Assembly (NCBI GenBank): GCA_037969035.1
Contig: JBBKWU010000021.1
Location: 43,178-107,177, forward strand
Length of the DNA: 64,000 nt
Direction of reading: 5' to 3'
Origin: Bdellovibrionales bacterium
GTDB taxonomy: Bacteria > Pseudomonadota > Alphaproteobacteria > Micavibrionales > Micavibrionaceae
A model generated the notes under the pieces. The model made no database searches. It was given only the letters and a program-made list of their open reading frames with translations, and had not been told where the DNA came from. The position numbers were made by a program, and so were the translations under genes. Below are positions 10,952-20,208 of this stretch, in pieces. Every line of letters starts with the position of its first letter. Within the stretch, counting starts at the first letter, position 1.

Positions 10952-11044
10952 CCAATACCATACAAGGAGATTATTTTGTCATTTTCAGGGCAATCACAGC
11001 GTTTTTCACTTTACGAGCAAGAAAATAACTTGCTAAATGCCTAT

Positions 11045-11635
11045 ATGATGCAGAAAAACAGTGCACACATCACGGATTCCGCCAATAATACCCCCTCGCA
11101 CGAGGATATGATTGTTGCCATTGCGGAAAAACAAGACAAAGACTCCTTTGTTGAGCTCTTTGAATATTTTGCGCCGCGCCTGAAGTCATTTTTGATGCGC
11201 GGCGGCACGAATCCTGATTTAGCGGACGAGCTGGCGCAAGAAACCATGCTGTCCGTTTGGCAAAAGGCAGGCAGCTTCAACCCCGACCAAGCCCGCGCCA
11301 GCACATGGATATTCACCATTGCCCGTAATAAACGCATTGATGCCTTTCGCAAGGCAAAACGCCCCGAGCCTGATATCGATAATTTCGAGATCGAAGACAA
11401 ATCCATTGTCATGCCCGATATCCGTATCACAAGCGATGAACAAGCCGCCGCCTTATCAATGGCGTTAAAAAGCCTACCCGAGGAACAAGCATCCCTCATC
11501 CGTAAATCATATTTCGAGGAAAAAACACATATGGATATCGCCGCCGAAGAAAACATACCGCTCGGCACTGTGAAGTCCCGCATTCGCCTCGCCTTGGATA
11601 AATTACGTCATAGTTTAGGAGGGCTAGAGCGATGA
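11045..11635 (+). CDS. rpoE: ECF subfamily RNA polymerase sigma-70 factor
   Basis: Region 2 (LAQETMLSVWQKAGSF...STWIFTIARNKRID) and region 4 (SYFEEKTHMDIAAEENIPLGTVKSRIRLALDKL) are present. I chose the ATG at 11045 because the track's TTG at 10925 overlaps the putative promoter. Confidence 0.9.
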   Translation: MMQKNSAHITDSANNTPSHEDMIVAIAEKQDKDSFVELFEYFAPRLKSFLMRGGTNPDLADELAQETMLSVWQKAGSFNPDQARASTWIFTIARNKRIDAFRKAKRPEPDIDNFEIEDKSIVMPDIRITSDEQAAALSMALKSLPEEQASLIRKSYFEEKTHMDIAAEENIPLGTVKSRIRLALDKLRHSLGGLER

Positions 11636-12336
11636 GCGAGAACGCCAAAGATATTTCGCACGATCATCTGGCACATCTGATGATGGATTATGCTTCTGGT
11701 GCGCTGGACGAAGGCTTTGCCCTTGTGATGGCATCTTATGTCAGCCTTTCTCCTGCTGCGTGTGCACAATTAAGACAGCTCGAAAGCATTGGCGGTGCAT
11801 TGCTTTGTCAAGATTGCGAGCCCGAAGATATGAAAGAAGACAGCCTGCAAAATGTTATGGCTCGTCTTGATGATTATCTGGAACAAATCGAAAAAAGCAC
11901 CGCCGAAACCTTGGAACAAGCCCATATGAATGTCAAAATCGACGTTGATTGCTGTATTCCAAAACCAATCACGCAACACATCGCCGCGCAAATGCCTGCC
12001 GCGCCCAAATGGTCGCGCCTGCTACCGGGCATCGAAGTCATCAATATCCCACTCAGCAAAAGCTGCGCCAACCAGCTCAAACTTATAAAACTTGATCCTG
12101 CGACCACGACCCCTGCGCATACGCATCGCGGGCTTGAAATCACCTTGGTTTTGGATGGGGCGTTTACCGATGAAACAGGTTCATACCCTGCGGGGTCAAT
12201 TCTCGCGCATGATGAGCATGTGCATCACCAGCCCGTATCTTGCCCGAAACAAGGCTGCGTTTGCCTTATCGCAACCGACGCACCCCTGCGCTTCACGCAA
12301 GGCCTCATGCGACTTTTAAATCCGTTTTTGAAATAA
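11632..12336 (+). CDS. chrR: ChrR-like anti-sigma factor (N-terminal anti-sigma domain plus C-terminal cupin)
   Basis: 4-nt overlap with the sigma gene. The N-terminus resembles ChrR (LMMDYASGALDEGFALVMASYVSL). The C-terminal cupin has HTHRGLEITLVLDG...HDEHVHH. Confidence 0.8.
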   Translation: MSENAKDISHDHLAHLMMDYASGALDEGFALVMASYVSLSPAACAQLRQLESIGGALLCQDCEPEDMKEDSLQNVMARLDDYLEQIEKSTAETLEQAHMNVKIDVDCCIPKPITQHIAAQMPAAPKWSRLLPGIEVINIPLSKSCANQLKLIKLDPATTTPAHTHRGLEITLVLDGAFTDETGSYPAGSILAHDEHVHHQPVSCPKQGCVCLIATDAPLRFTQGLMRLLNPFLK

Positions 12337-12389
12337 TCCCACCGTCATTGCGAGAAGGGCAAAGCCCGACGCGGCAATCCAGTACTTTT

Positions 12390-12487
12390 GTCGTTTCGCT
12401 TTGGTTTGTGACAAGGCGCAAACAACGAAGCGTAGTAAAACTACGAGAGGCGTGCAGCAACGCTGTCACAAGGCAAATGGGAACGAC
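12390..12487. repeat. 98-nt imperfect palindromic intergenic repeat, copy 1
   Basis: Sequence gtcgtttcgcttt...ttgtgaca...cgtagtaaaaactacg...tgtcacaa...aaatgggaacgac. The outer arms and the apical hairpin cgtagt/actacg are self-complementary. A second copy lies at 14307-14404. The last base overlaps the stop codon of the methyltransferase gene. Confidence 0.8.
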
Positions 12488-13023
12488 TAAACGGTTCCCG
12501 TGCGCGAAATACGGCGCGGGCCTTGTACGTGCCCAATATGTTCTTCTGTCGGGCCGCCTGCGCGAATAGGTCTATCGGCAAAACGCCCCATAGACGTTAG
12601 GCGGTCATACATAACCAACGCCCCCGCAACCCCAACATTAATACAAAACTTCATCGGGATATGGACAATATGGTCGCATTTTTCTTGCAGCGCAGGTGAT
12701 AAGCTCCCCATTTCAGGGCCCAAAACATAAGCCGCGCGCGTTGGGTGACGGAATGTCGGCAGCTCAATCGAATCCTCAATGAACTCAATCCCCACCAATT
12801 GGCACCCTTTGGGTAATCGAAGCTCCGATACCTCGTTATATTGGTAATAGGGCACATGATCGAACGCGCCCGATGTATCGGTGGCGCGCACTTCCTGTAA
12901 ATCAAGACACGGATTAATCGCAAAGAAAAACTCCGCTCCAAACGCATGGGCTGAGCGCACGAGGTTGCCAACATTCCCCTCTTTGCTGATTTCCTCAACA
13001 CCAATCCCAAAATATCCACGCAT
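12487..13023 (-). CDS. TrmH/SpoU family RNA 2'-O-methyltransferase
   Basis: 178 aa. Motifs: RGYFGIGVEEISKEGNVGNLVRSAHAFG, YVLGPEMGSLS, IPMKFCINVGVAGALVMY (SPOUT knot motifs). Confidence 0.85.
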   Translation of the reverse strand: MRGYFGIGVEEISKEGNVGNLVRSAHAFGAEFFFAINPCLDLQEVRATDTSGAFDHVPYYQYNEVSELRLPKGCQLVGIEFIEDSIELPTFRHPTRAAYVLGPEMGSLSPALQEKCDHIVHIPMKFCINVGVAGALVMYDRLTSMGRFADRPIRAGGPTEEHIGHVQGPRRISRTGTV

Positions 13024-13053
13024 GTTTTATCCTTCCAATTTTCTTTCGTAGTC

Positions 13054-14268
13054 TTACCGTATAGCCTTCTCAAGCCGATCTAGTGCGTCATTTAATTTTT
13101 CTTCTGATACCGCGAAGCATAGCCGCATATAGCCTGCCCCAACTTTGCCAAAGGCGCAACCCGGTGCCAATGAAAGATTGGACTCATCAATTAAACGGCG
13201 TGCCAACTCTAAGCAGTTCGGATATTTTTCCACCCGAAAAAAGGCGTAGAACGTGGCATCGATTTTAGGCACATCAACACCCTCCATCGCGCCCAAACGC
13301 TGCATCACGGTGTCGCGGTTTTTGCGCCAGATATCGACTTGTGCGGTAATAAATTTCTCGCCCTGCCGCAAGGCTTCGATCGCGCCAAACTGGCTAAAGG
13401 TCGGCGGGCCCATATTATCGTACAGCGCAATATCGCGGATAATTTCTTCGGCAATCGGTGGGCCCACAAGCCACCCCAAACGCCACCCCGTCATCGCCCA
13501 GCTTTTGGAAAAGCTATTGACCACGAACACTTTATCATCGGGTTTTGCCACATCCAAAAAGCTTGGCGCACGTACAGCATCAAACACCGTACGTCCGTAA
13601 ACTTCGTCTGAAACGACCCAAATACCGCGCTCCCGCGCGAAATCGAGGGCTGTACGCATTTCATCTTCGCTCATCATCCAACCTGTCGGGTTGGACGGGC
13701 TTGTGATTAATATCGCTTTGGTTTTGGGTGTGCAGGCATCAAAGAGCTTCTGCATTTCGAGCTGCCAGCTTCCGTTGCTCCGCGTCAGCGGCACTTCGGT
13801 GCAATGCCCTTGCGCCAGTTCCACAGCACCCAGCAAGTTTTTCCAGATCGGCGTCACCGCCACAACCTCGTCGCCTTGGTCGAGCAATGCCGTTAACGCC
13901 AAATGCATCGCCGTTGTGCCTGAACCTGTCACGAAAATGCGGTCACGGCCGATATCAAGGCCAAACACGCGGCGGTAATAATCCGATAATTCCGTGCGCA
14001 AACTTTCCTGCCCCAACGCAGGGCCATAAAATGTTTTCCCGTCAACCAACGCTTGTTGCGCGGCTTCGCGGATAAAATCTGGTGTGGCAACGCTGCCTTC
14101 ACCTTGGGCGAGCGAAAGAATATTTTCCCGCCCCCGCGCATAACGCACAATTTCTGCGCCACGGTTCGGTGTTAAATTATCAACCACCGCGCGGAAATTC
14201 ATTCCCGCCACTTGTGTCGAAAGCGGTTCCGCGGTGAGGTCAGTCTCTAGATTTTCAATTTTTGTCAT
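13054..14268 (-). CDS. class I/II pyridoxal-phosphate-dependent aminotransferase (aspartate aminotransferase-like)
   Basis: 404 aa. Motifs: ITSPSNPTGW, VVSDEVY, NSFSKSWAMTGWRLGW (PLP lysine motif SxSK....G.R.G). Confidence 0.9.
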   Translation of the reverse strand: MTKIENLETDLTAEPLSTQVAGMNFRAVVDNLTPNRGAEIVRYARGRENILSLAQGEGSVATPDFIREAAQQALVDGKTFYGPALGQESLRTELSDYYRRVFGLDIGRDRIFVTGSGTTAMHLALTALLDQGDEVVAVTPIWKNLLGAVELAQGHCTEVPLTRSNGSWQLEMQKLFDACTPKTKAILITSPSNPTGWMMSEDEMRTALDFARERGIWVVSDEVYGRTVFDAVRAPSFLDVAKPDDKVFVVNSFSKSWAMTGWRLGWLVGPPIAEEIIRDIALYDNMGPPTFSQFGAIEALRQGEKFITAQVDIWRKNRDTVMQRLGAMEGVDVPKIDATFYAFFRVEKYPNCLELARRLIDESNLSLAPGCAFGKVGAGYMRLCFAVSEEKLNDALDRLEKAIR

Positions 14269-14306
14269 AATTTTATGTTATCCCAAACTTGTATAGTCCT
14301 TGTATA

Positions 14307-14404
14307 GTCGTTTCGCTTTATTTTTTGGCAAGGCGCGAACAACGAAGCGTAGTAAAGCTACGTGAGGCGTGAAGCAACGCTGCCAAAGAATAAATGGGAG
14401 CGGC
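14307..14404. repeat. 98-nt imperfect palindromic intergenic repeat, copy 2
   Basis: Same orientation as copy 1 and alignable over its whole length. The stem differences are compensatory: ttggca/tgccaa here versus tgtgaca/tgtcaca in copy 1. It lies 39 nt upstream of the aminotransferase start codon. Confidence 0.8.
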
Positions 14405-15030
14405 TAAACTAATCGATTTTTGGAAAAAAATCAAACCCTGCGCGGCAAAACCATTTATCGGCCTTGCTTGCATTTTATTTCAGAAGCGCTCTTGCGCGAT
14501 GTCAGGAAAATATAGCGCTAGCTAGCGCAAGACAGAACACACGCTACACAAAGTGCAAACGCGGCGATGAAAGTCGGCATGTTCATGGCTAAATCAAGCA
14601 TGCAGATTTTATAGCCATGCCCCGCCGCAAAAGCAAGAAAAAGAAATGCCACCCCCACAACAATGCGCCTAACACCCCTAATAACTAGTAATATGTCTGA
14701 GTTTACATTTAAATTAGCAATAAATTCCTAATTTATGCTGTGTTTGGTGTTTTCTTATGTTATGATGGAAATATCAACGGCGAAGCTATATCCAGAAAGG
14801 CTTTAAGCACTTTTGGGTGACAAACTTGCGAATAAAGTGAAGGACTCCGATTTACGTCGATAAATCAGTCTCTTACGTCGCAAAATAGCCAATACAACGG
14901 CTAAAGCGATAGCGACACGCCCGAACATGATCGTGGAAAACTTGCGAATAAACTGATGAAGCACAAATATCTGTTTGATTTCAGAGTATTAGAGACCACA
15001 GAAACCACAAATTTGGCTAATCTAACAAAT

Positions 15031-17025
15031 CTAGCTCTGTAGCTCTGGTAAATCCTTATACAGATCCAATGCTTCTGGGTTGGCCAGTGCTTCGGCATTC
15101 TTGATTTTGCGTCCGTGAATAACGTCACGTACAGCGAGTTCAGTGATTTTTCCTGATTTTGTCCGTGGGATATCGCTCACCGCGATGACTTTTGCGGGCA
15201 TATGACGTGGTGATGCGCCTGTGCGGATTGTAGTTTTGATTTGCTTGATAAGTTCCTCGCTCAGGGTTTCGCCGTCCTTGAGCGTGACGAACAATATCAC
15301 CCGTACATCACCATCCCAATCTTGGCCAACGGCAATGCTCTCCTTGACTTGCGGGATTTGTTCGACTTGGCGGTAAATCTCGGATGTGCCGATACGTACA
15401 CCGCCGGGGTTTAATGTCGCATCTGATCGGCCATGGATGATAAACCCATTATGCGCCGTGCGTTCAATCCAGTCGCCGTGGCACCAAATGTTATCGAACC
15501 GTCCGAAATAGGCGTCATGATATTTCTGTCCGTCTTCGTCATTCCAAAATGACACGGGCATACACGGAAACGGTTTTGTACAAACAAGCTCCCCCGACCC
15601 CGCGCCCGCAGGAATAGGTTTCCCCTCTTCATCAAACACATCCACCGCCATCCCAAGGCCTGCGCCCTGTATCTCACCGCGATAAACAGGTGACACAGGA
15701 TTACCAAGCACAAAGCAAGACACAATATCCGTCCCACCCGAGATCGAGGCAAGGTGTACGTCTTTCTTGATCGAGGCGTACACATAGTCAAAGCTCTCGT
15801 GAACCAGCGGTGATCCTGTCGATGTCATCGTCCGCATCGCGCACAAATCATGGGTTTCCATCGGTCTCAACTCATTAATCTTCAGCGCGTCGATATACTT
15901 CGCGCTCGTGCCAAACAATTTGCACTCATGCGCATCGGCAAAATCCCACAACACATTCCCATCTGGATAAAACGGTGATCCATCATAAAGCAACAACGTC
16001 GCGCCCGAGGCCAAGCCCGTCACAAGCCAGTTCCACATCATCCACCCGCAAGTGGTGAAATAGAACATGTGGTTGCCTTCTTTGATATCGCAATGCAGGC
16101 GGTGTTCTTTAACATGCTGGATCAACGTGCCGCCATGGCCGTGGACAATGCATTTGGGCACACCCGTTGTGCCGCTTGAGAACATAATGAATAGCGGGTG
16201 ATTGAAGTCAAAACGCTCGAACGTCATCAAATGCGGCTCATATCCGCCGACATATTGCTCATCTGTCATGGCATTCGTCAGACCGCTTAGATCGGGTTCA
16301 TCATTGACGAACGGGATCACGATTGTCTTTTGAAGCCCGTTAAGCGCGGGTTGAATGTCTTTGATCTTGCCGAGGCAATCAATGGTTTTACCGCCGTAGT
16401 AATAGCCGTCCACGCACACCAAAACCTTTGGTTCAATCTGCCCGAAGCGGTCAATCACGCCTTGCGCGCCAAAATCAGGCGAGGCCGATGACCAGATCGC
16501 ACCAAGAGAGGTCGCCGCCAGCATCGCAATGATAGTCTCAGGCATGTTGGGCATATAACCCGCAACGCGGTCACCCTTGACAATGCCTTGCGCTTTAAAC
16601 GCCTGCACCCACTGGCTGACGCGATCATACAATTCGATATGTTTGATTTCACGTTCTGCGCCTGTTTCGTCGCGGAAAATAATGGCAACTTGTTCATCAC
16701 GACGGCGGAGCATGTTTTCGGCATAGCTCACAGCACCCTGAGGAAAGAATTTCGCGCCCGGCATTTTATGCGCATCTTGCAGCACCACATCACCTTGTTC
16801 GCCGATAATGTCAAAAAAGCTCCAGAGCTTTGACCAGAAATCTTCGCTGTGATCGACCGACCATTGCCAAAACGCCTGATAATCATCAAAATCATGGCCA
16901 TTGTGGCGCATAAAGGCCGAGAGCTGGCTCAGCTTGCGTTCGGCACTATCAGGTGTCCATAAAAGTGCGGCGTCGTCATTGACGACATTGGCGACATCAT
17001 TCTCTGCGGTAATGGTTTGGCTCAT
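15031..17025 (-). CDS. acetoacetate-CoA ligase (acetoacetyl-CoA synthetase)
   Basis: About 664 aa acyl-CoA synthetase. It has the N-terminal LWTP...FW..W signature of acetoacetyl-CoA synthetases, the AMP motif FSSGTTGVPKCIVH, and PRTKSGKI. I chose the ATG at 17025 (MSQTITAEN); the track's ORF starts at 17055. Confidence 0.9.
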   Translation of the reverse strand: MSQTITAENDVANVVNDDAALLWTPDSAERKLSQLSAFMRHNGHDFDDYQAFWQWSVDHSEDFWSKLWSFFDIIGEQGDVVLQDAHKMPGAKFFPQGAVSYAENMLRRRDEQVAIIFRDETGAEREIKHIELYDRVSQWVQAFKAQGIVKGDRVAGYMPNMPETIIAMLAATSLGAIWSSASPDFGAQGVIDRFGQIEPKVLVCVDGYYYGGKTIDCLGKIKDIQPALNGLQKTIVIPFVNDEPDLSGLTNAMTDEQYVGGYEPHLMTFERFDFNHPLFIMFSSGTTGVPKCIVHGHGGTLIQHVKEHRLHCDIKEGNHMFYFTTCGWMMWNWLVTGLASGATLLLYDGSPFYPDGNVLWDFADAHECKLFGTSAKYIDALKINELRPMETHDLCAMRTMTSTGSPLVHESFDYVYASIKKDVHLASISGGTDIVSCFVLGNPVSPVYRGEIQGAGLGMAVDVFDEEGKPIPAGAGSGELVCTKPFPCMPVSFWNDEDGQKYHDAYFGRFDNIWCHGDWIERTAHNGFIIHGRSDATLNPGGVRIGTSEIYRQVEQIPQVKESIAVGQDWDGDVRVILFVTLKDGETLSEELIKQIKTTIRTGASPRHMPAKVIAVSDIPRTKSGKITELAVRDVIHGRKIKNAEALANPEALDLYKDLPELQS

Positions 17026-17164
17026 TTTGTCCTCTGTTCTTTGCATGCGTCTCAATCGGCAAGACTAGCCAAAGGGCGCGAATAATATTAAAGTCTTTTT
17101 TTACGCGATGAGTAAGCTAGATTAATAGAACGCTTGGAAAAGAAAAGAGTTTGAGGGCAAAACA

Positions 17165-19396
17165 TTGAAAAAAATTCACACCATGACACACTACGCAACC
17201 ACATTTCTTGTCACTCTATTACTGCTGACAACCTTTACAAACCAAGCCATAGCGCAGGATAAAGCAGCAGAAAAACATGTCCAAATCCGCCTTGTCCCTG
17301 AACGCACCGTCATTGCCCCGAATGACACAATTTGGATCGGAATCGAAGAAACTATTGATGATGGCTGGCACACCTATTGGGTGAATGCTGGTGATTCGGG
17401 TACGCCGACCAAGGCAGATTGGGATTTACCAACCGGTTTTGAAACATCCGAAATTTCATGGCCTGTGCCACATAAAATCAGCACGCCCCCGTTGACCAAT
17501 TACGGGTACGAGAAAAAAGTCACACTGCTGCAAACATTGACTGCGCCGTCTAAGCTGCCAGAAGGGCCTATCACCTTTAACGTCGATATCGAATTACTGG
17601 TGTGTAAGGAAATTTGTATCCCCGAATATAGCACTCACACGCTGACGTTTAATAACGGCACAGAAGAAGACAACACAGCCTATATCAACACCGCCTCCAA
17701 CGCGCTCTCCTACAGCGTGCCATGGTACGCGACATTCGGCGAAGCGGATGGTAAATTGGTTTTTGCAATGAGCCGCCCCGAAGCCACTTTCCTTTTTAAA
17801 TCAATCGATCAAAACCGCCCGATGGAATTTATACCCTATGACTGGGGTGTGGTGGATAATTCTGCGCCATCCAACGTTACAATTGAAGATGACACAATCA
17901 CCGTCAGACAAAAGCGCGGTGATCGCCCGTTACGTGCATTACAAAGCATGCGCGGCTTAATCGCCTATTACGATGAACATGGCAAATATAGCGCGTTTGA
18001 GATAACCGCAAATCCTGATTCCAACGCCACAAGCGCGACAGCACAGGCAAGCACTAAAATCTCCGCGAACAGTATTGAGACGATGAATGATAACGGTTAT
18101 GACGCGCCAGAAACAAAAAACACCGCACAAACCAATGCACAAGATATGTCCGTCCTACTCGCACTGCTTTTTGCATTTTTAGGCGGCATTATATTGAATT
18201 TAATGCCCTGCGTTTTCCCGATTTTATCGATGAAAGCACTGAGCCTTTGCAAGATGCATGGCAAGGAATTAAAGCACGCACGCCAACACGGCATATTTTA
18301 CACCGCAGGTATTCTTCTTACCTTCGGCGCGATTGCAGGAACATTGATGGTATTAAAAGCAGGTGGCGCACAAATTGGTTGGGGCTTTCAGCTTCAAAAC
18401 CCGTCCGTGATCTTGTTTTTGGCGTGGTTGTTATTTGTGATCGGGTTAAACCTCGCAGGATTTTTCAACCTGTCTGTGGTGCTATCCGATAGCAAAGCCG
18501 CGCAAAAAGACACGGCGATGGGGTCGTTTTTCACAGGTATCTTGGCGACATTGGTTGCCACACCGTGCACCGCACCGTTTATGGGGGTTGCGCTTGGCTT
18601 TGCGATTATACAGCCGCCTGTGATTGGGATGATGGTGTTTTTGATGTTAGGCCTTGGGCTTGCGCTGCCTTATCTTGCGCTGTGCTTCCTGCCTAAGCTA
18701 CGCGCCTTTTTGCCAAAACCTGGTGTTTGGATGGAACGTTTTAAAGAGTTCCTCGCCTTCCCGATGTTCCTCTCTGCGATTTGGTTGGTTTGGGTTTACA
18801 CGGGGCAAGCAGGCGATGATATCGCCATGATCAAGGCCTTGGGCGGTATGGTGCTTATTACCTTCGGTCTATGGCTTGTGAAGATCACACCGACCGCCAA
18901 AGGCACGAAAAAGACCGTTTGTGATCTCTTTGCTTTCCTCGTTTTGGTTTTGGTTTTGACGATATTCATGATTGATATGAAATCGCGCCAAGCCATGGAA
19001 GCCATCGATCAGCACATCGGCCAAGCCTCATTAGAAGAAGATTTTACAACCGCGCGTTACGAGGAGTTACTCGCAAGTGGTGAGCCTGTGTTTGTGAATA
19101 TGACCGCCGATTGGTGCATTACTTGTAAGGTGAACGAAGTTGTCGCGCTGAACACGCCTGCGACGAAGATGCTTTTTGCCGCGCAGAAAGTTCACTACGT
19201 CAAAGGTGACTGGACGAACCAGAATGCCGAAATTACAACTTATCTAGATAAATATGGACGAAATGGCGTCCCGCTCTATGTTTACTATGCCCCGATTGAT
19301 GACAGCACAGGACAAAGACCCGAACCCGTTGTCCTGCCGCAGATATTAACGCCCGGCATCTTAAAAGACACACTAACCAACCAAAACAACCCTTAA
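17165..19396 (+). CDS. dsbD: DsbD/ScsB-type thiol:disulfide interchange (protein-disulfide reductase) membrane protein
   Basis: It has a signal peptide and an N-terminal DsbD-alpha-like domain (ELLVCKEICIPE). The central TM core has LMPCVFPILS and TPCTAPF. The C-terminal thioredoxin fold has ADWCITCK. The TTG start is preceded by a gaggg RBS. Confidence 0.9.
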   Translation: MKKIHTMTHYATTFLVTLLLLTTFTNQAIAQDKAAEKHVQIRLVPERTVIAPNDTIWIGIEETIDDGWHTYWVNAGDSGTPTKADWDLPTGFETSEISWPVPHKISTPPLTNYGYEKKVTLLQTLTAPSKLPEGPITFNVDIELLVCKEICIPEYSTHTLTFNNGTEEDNTAYINTASNALSYSVPWYATFGEADGKLVFAMSRPEATFLFKSIDQNRPMEFIPYDWGVVDNSAPSNVTIEDDTITVRQKRGDRPLRALQSMRGLIAYYDEHGKYSAFEITANPDSNATSATAQASTKISANSIETMNDNGYDAPETKNTAQTNAQDMSVLLALLFAFLGGIILNLMPCVFPILSMKALSLCKMHGKELKHARQHGIFYTAGILLTFGAIAGTLMVLKAGGAQIGWGFQLQNPSVILFLAWLLFVIGLNLAGFFNLSVVLSDSKAAQKDTAMGSFFTGILATLVATPCTAPFMGVALGFAIIQPPVIGMMVFLMLGLGLALPYLALCFLPKLRAFLPKPGVWMERFKEFLAFPMFLSAIWLVWVYTGQAGDDIAMIKALGGMVLITFGLWLVKITPTAKGTKKTVCDLFAFLVLVLVLTIFMIDMKSRQAMEAIDQHIGQASLEEDFTTARYEELLASGEPVFVNMTADWCITCKVNEVVALNTPATKMLFAAQKVHYVKGDWTNQNAEITTYLDKYGRNGVPLYVYYAPIDDSTGQRPEPVVLPQILTPGILKDTLTNQNNP

Positions 19397-19425
19397 CCCT
19401 AACAAACACTATACAGGAGACTAAA

Positions 19426-20043
19426 ATGGTATCTTTACGTCAGACATTATTCACAGCACTCGCGCTGTTTTGCTTTGTCATCCCTGCGCATGCTGCGCCT
19501 GAGATTGGCAAGATTGCGCCTGAATTCACAGGCGTTGACAGCAACGGCACAACACATAACCTCAGCGATTTCCGCGGCAAAAAAGTTGTCTTGGAATGGA
19601 CAAACCATGGCTGCCCTTACGTACAAAAGCATTATGGCGCAGGCAACATGCAGAAATTACAACAAGCTGCCGCTGATAAAGACATCGTTTGGTTGACGAT
19701 TGCGTCTTCTCCCGATGGTGAGCAAGGCAACACAACCAACGAAGAAGCCAACGCATGGATGACAGAAGTCGGCGCACACCCAACAGCCCGCATCATGGAT
19801 GCGTCAGGTGAAGTTGCTAGACTATACGAAGCCAAAACAACGCCACACATGTTTGTGATCGACGAGCAAGGTCTTCTACAGTACATGGGCGCGATTGATG
19901 ACAACTCCAGCCCGAACCCAGACACAATCGACGGTGCGACAAACTATGTCACCGCCACGATTGAGAGCTTGGAAAAAGGCGAAGCCGTTGCAGAGCCTGT
20001 CACACGCCCTTATGGATGTTCTGTTAAATACAAAGCACTCTAA
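19426..20043 (+). CDS. secreted thioredoxin-fold (redoxin/AhpC-TSA-like) protein
   Basis: Signal peptide ...VIPAHAA. The redoxin-type block KVVLEWTNHGCPYVQKHY is present. It lies immediately downstream of dsbD. Confidence 0.75.
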   Translation: MVSLRQTLFTALALFCFVIPAHAAPEIGKIAPEFTGVDSNGTTHNLSDFRGKKVVLEWTNHGCPYVQKHYGAGNMQKLQQAAADKDIVWLTIASSPDGEQGNTTNEEANAWMTEVGAHPTARIMDASGEVARLYEAKTTPHMFVIDEQGLLQYMGAIDDNSSPNPDTIDGATNYVTATIESLEKGEAVAEPVTRPYGCSVKYKAL

Positions 20044-20208
20044 ATCAATATTAAGGCGTCCCTAACCAAATCTTAACGCTTTGTTAATAATTGGGGCGCC
20101 ATACTTACCCTACCAAACAGCAACTTGGTTGTTGAAAACACGATAACCATGTTGCTTTCCCCCCTACTGATAAATTATGGTATATATAGTCAATCCAGAT
20201 CGGGTCAC

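Noticed and set aside
10925-11044. Track's TTG start at 10925, giving a 236-aa sigma factor
   Set aside because: The 40-aa extension has no similarity to ECF region 1.2/2 and would start inside the putative TGATCC -35 element. I preferred the ATG at 11045.
12240-12569. 109-aa plus-strand ORF spanning the chrR end, the palindromic repeat and the methyltransferase 3' end
   Set aside because: It is a translation of repeat and antisense sequence and overlaps two supported genes. I consider it spurious.
12390-14404. Possibility that the two 98-nt repeats are a CRISPR array or the inverted ends of a transposon carrying the two genes
   Set aside because: There are only two copies, 1.8 kb apart, in direct orientation. 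The intervening genes are ordinary housekeeping-type genes. There is no cas gene, transposase or visible target-site duplication.
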